From: Octopus vulgaris
Taxonomy: Eukaryota
Direction: 5' to 3'
NCBI GenBank assembly: GCA_951406725.2
Contig: OX597831.1
Coordinates: 64,294,001 to 64,358,000, forward strand
DNA: 64,000 bases
Shown in pieces: positions 62,612 to 64,000 of this stretch; within the stretch, counting starts at the first letter, position 1, and every line of letters begins with the position of its first letter. The position numbers were made by a program, and so were the translations under genes. The notes under the pieces were generated by a model. The model did not search any database. It was not told the DNA's origin and saw only the letters and a list, made by a program, of their open reading frames with translations.

Positions 62612-63149
62612 AAAAGTGTTTGTCCTCAGCCTTTTCAAGTGCATCTGTCTCTTTTGCCTGAGCTACCAGATAAACCAAAGCTGCCTGTCATTCCTAGCTT
62701 GCCAAGGAAGGCAACAGGGAAGTTTTTGCAATGGATTCAATCGATAGCTGAATCTGTTTTACACATGTCAACACCTTTTATCAAAACATCACAAGTCAGC
62801 AATGCTTGGACTCTGAACGAATACATACACAGCAATTTCATCACTCTGAATACATCGTGAATGGGCCCCATTGATTATGCCTGTAGAATTTTTCTTAATT
62901 GAGCAATGACCCCCCCCCCCCCACTCCCTTGCAGTTTTGCAGAGCAAAGAATTTCTGAGTTATCAAAAGTCTTTAAGGCAAATGAAAGTTCTTCAGAATA
63001 AACTAGTCAGTTGTTTCTTGTTGACTCTCAGAGTTTGCCCAAGAACGCCATCACAGCCCACCACCACCACCACACCTCTAGCTACCTATAGAATGCCAAC
63101 ATGAAGGTTCCACCAGCCTCATTGCACTGCTAGTAGAGGGCTGGGAGTG

Positions 63150-63900
63150 TCTGAGAGCATTTCAGACGTCATGCAACAAGTCCTCCTCTAACAAGTCCCA
63201 AGGTTGCTGCACCATCAAAGTAAGACTTGCTAGGGAAAATGTACTTTCTGACAAACAGTGATCAAAGCTCGTCTTCAAAGAATCTCTGTAGACACTGCAG
63301 CCTTGGCATTTGTGCATCATTTTCCAGGAAATCCCCAATTTTCTATGAAGAGAAAGTTGGTAACAGAAGGATTGCCTAGCCAATAGAATGTGTTCTTTCC
63401 ACAGGTGGAAGGTCAATCACTCCAGTTTGACCAGACAAGAACTGAGACAAGGAAAGATGGTCAAACGATAACGTAGATGATATACAACTTGCTGACTCTG
63501 CAAGCCATTTTAGAGACTGTTATCTCCTCTCAGCTCATTATTGGGTAAGACTGGCTATCCTGCTCATAATCTCGTCCCATTTCTTATTCCTTAAAGGTTC
63601 ACACCAAACCGTATTCCAAGCAACTTCACCAGTCTTTCACAGAAGCAACCCAAAATATTTGTCTACAGTATGGTCTTATACTTTCAGTTGCTGAGCTGCA
63701 AGTAAGCTGAGTCACCATGTTACACTTTGCTCCTGTTGCCACCTCACATTTGTTTAGATGATGCTGGTGGTGTCGTTCACATAGACCAACAAGACCCTCC
63801 ATAGTTTTGGACAGTATGCCCCTCAACAATCACAGTTTTTTTCCATTAATGACTCAACAGTCAAAACACATAGAAGGTAACCGAGTGTGTGATGTAAAAC
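63150..63900 (-). mobile_element. Highly decayed RTE-like reverse transcriptase relic
   Basis: Frameshifted remnants resembling CxNYRG, RP..TVDKIF..L.EK and RKLGISWK in the expected order. Confidence 0.35.
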
Positions 63901-64000
63901 AGATCCATTTGGTGGCCATTTTTTCTGTCAGCTGAGCAAACATGATTCAGCTTCTGGAAATAGGACCAAAACTGACTATTCTAAGAGCAGCCGCCAAGTA

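Noticed and set aside
62639-62860. ORF with faint RT-like wording (GKFL...IAESVL)
   Set aside because: Too degenerate to call without a profile search

Overview
AT-rich, repeat-saturated eukaryotic DNA. It is most likely octopus (coleoid cephalopod) intronic/intergenic sequence, judged from the tRNA/CORE- and Nin/Deu-type SINEs and abundant (TA)n, (CA)n and (TAA)n microsatellites; the taxon is an inference. Almost every ORF in the supplied track is a SINE or microsatellite artefact. Host-gene signal is limited to a minus-strand gene: a likely promoter and first exon at ~56.26-56.38 kb and a clean 135-nt coding exon at 48452-48586; the product is not recognised. Mobile DNA includes at least five SINE families and a 5S rRNA-headed SINE. 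LINE relics are RTE, CR1, Tx1/L1-like and HERO-like. DNA-transposon relics are Helitron and Helentron elements, piggyBac and hAT MITEs, and six copies of a GG..CC MITE with 8-bp TSDs and internal TTAGGG repeats (Merlin-like). The most notable observation is three unrelated short elements sitting in (TA)n tracts, each carrying a minimal hammerhead-ribozyme fold (Penelope pLTR/retrozyme-like). One has a compensatory G3:C8 swap of the catalytic core in both arms of a ~460-bp palindrome. Coordinates were counted by hand and repeat boundaries are approximate.
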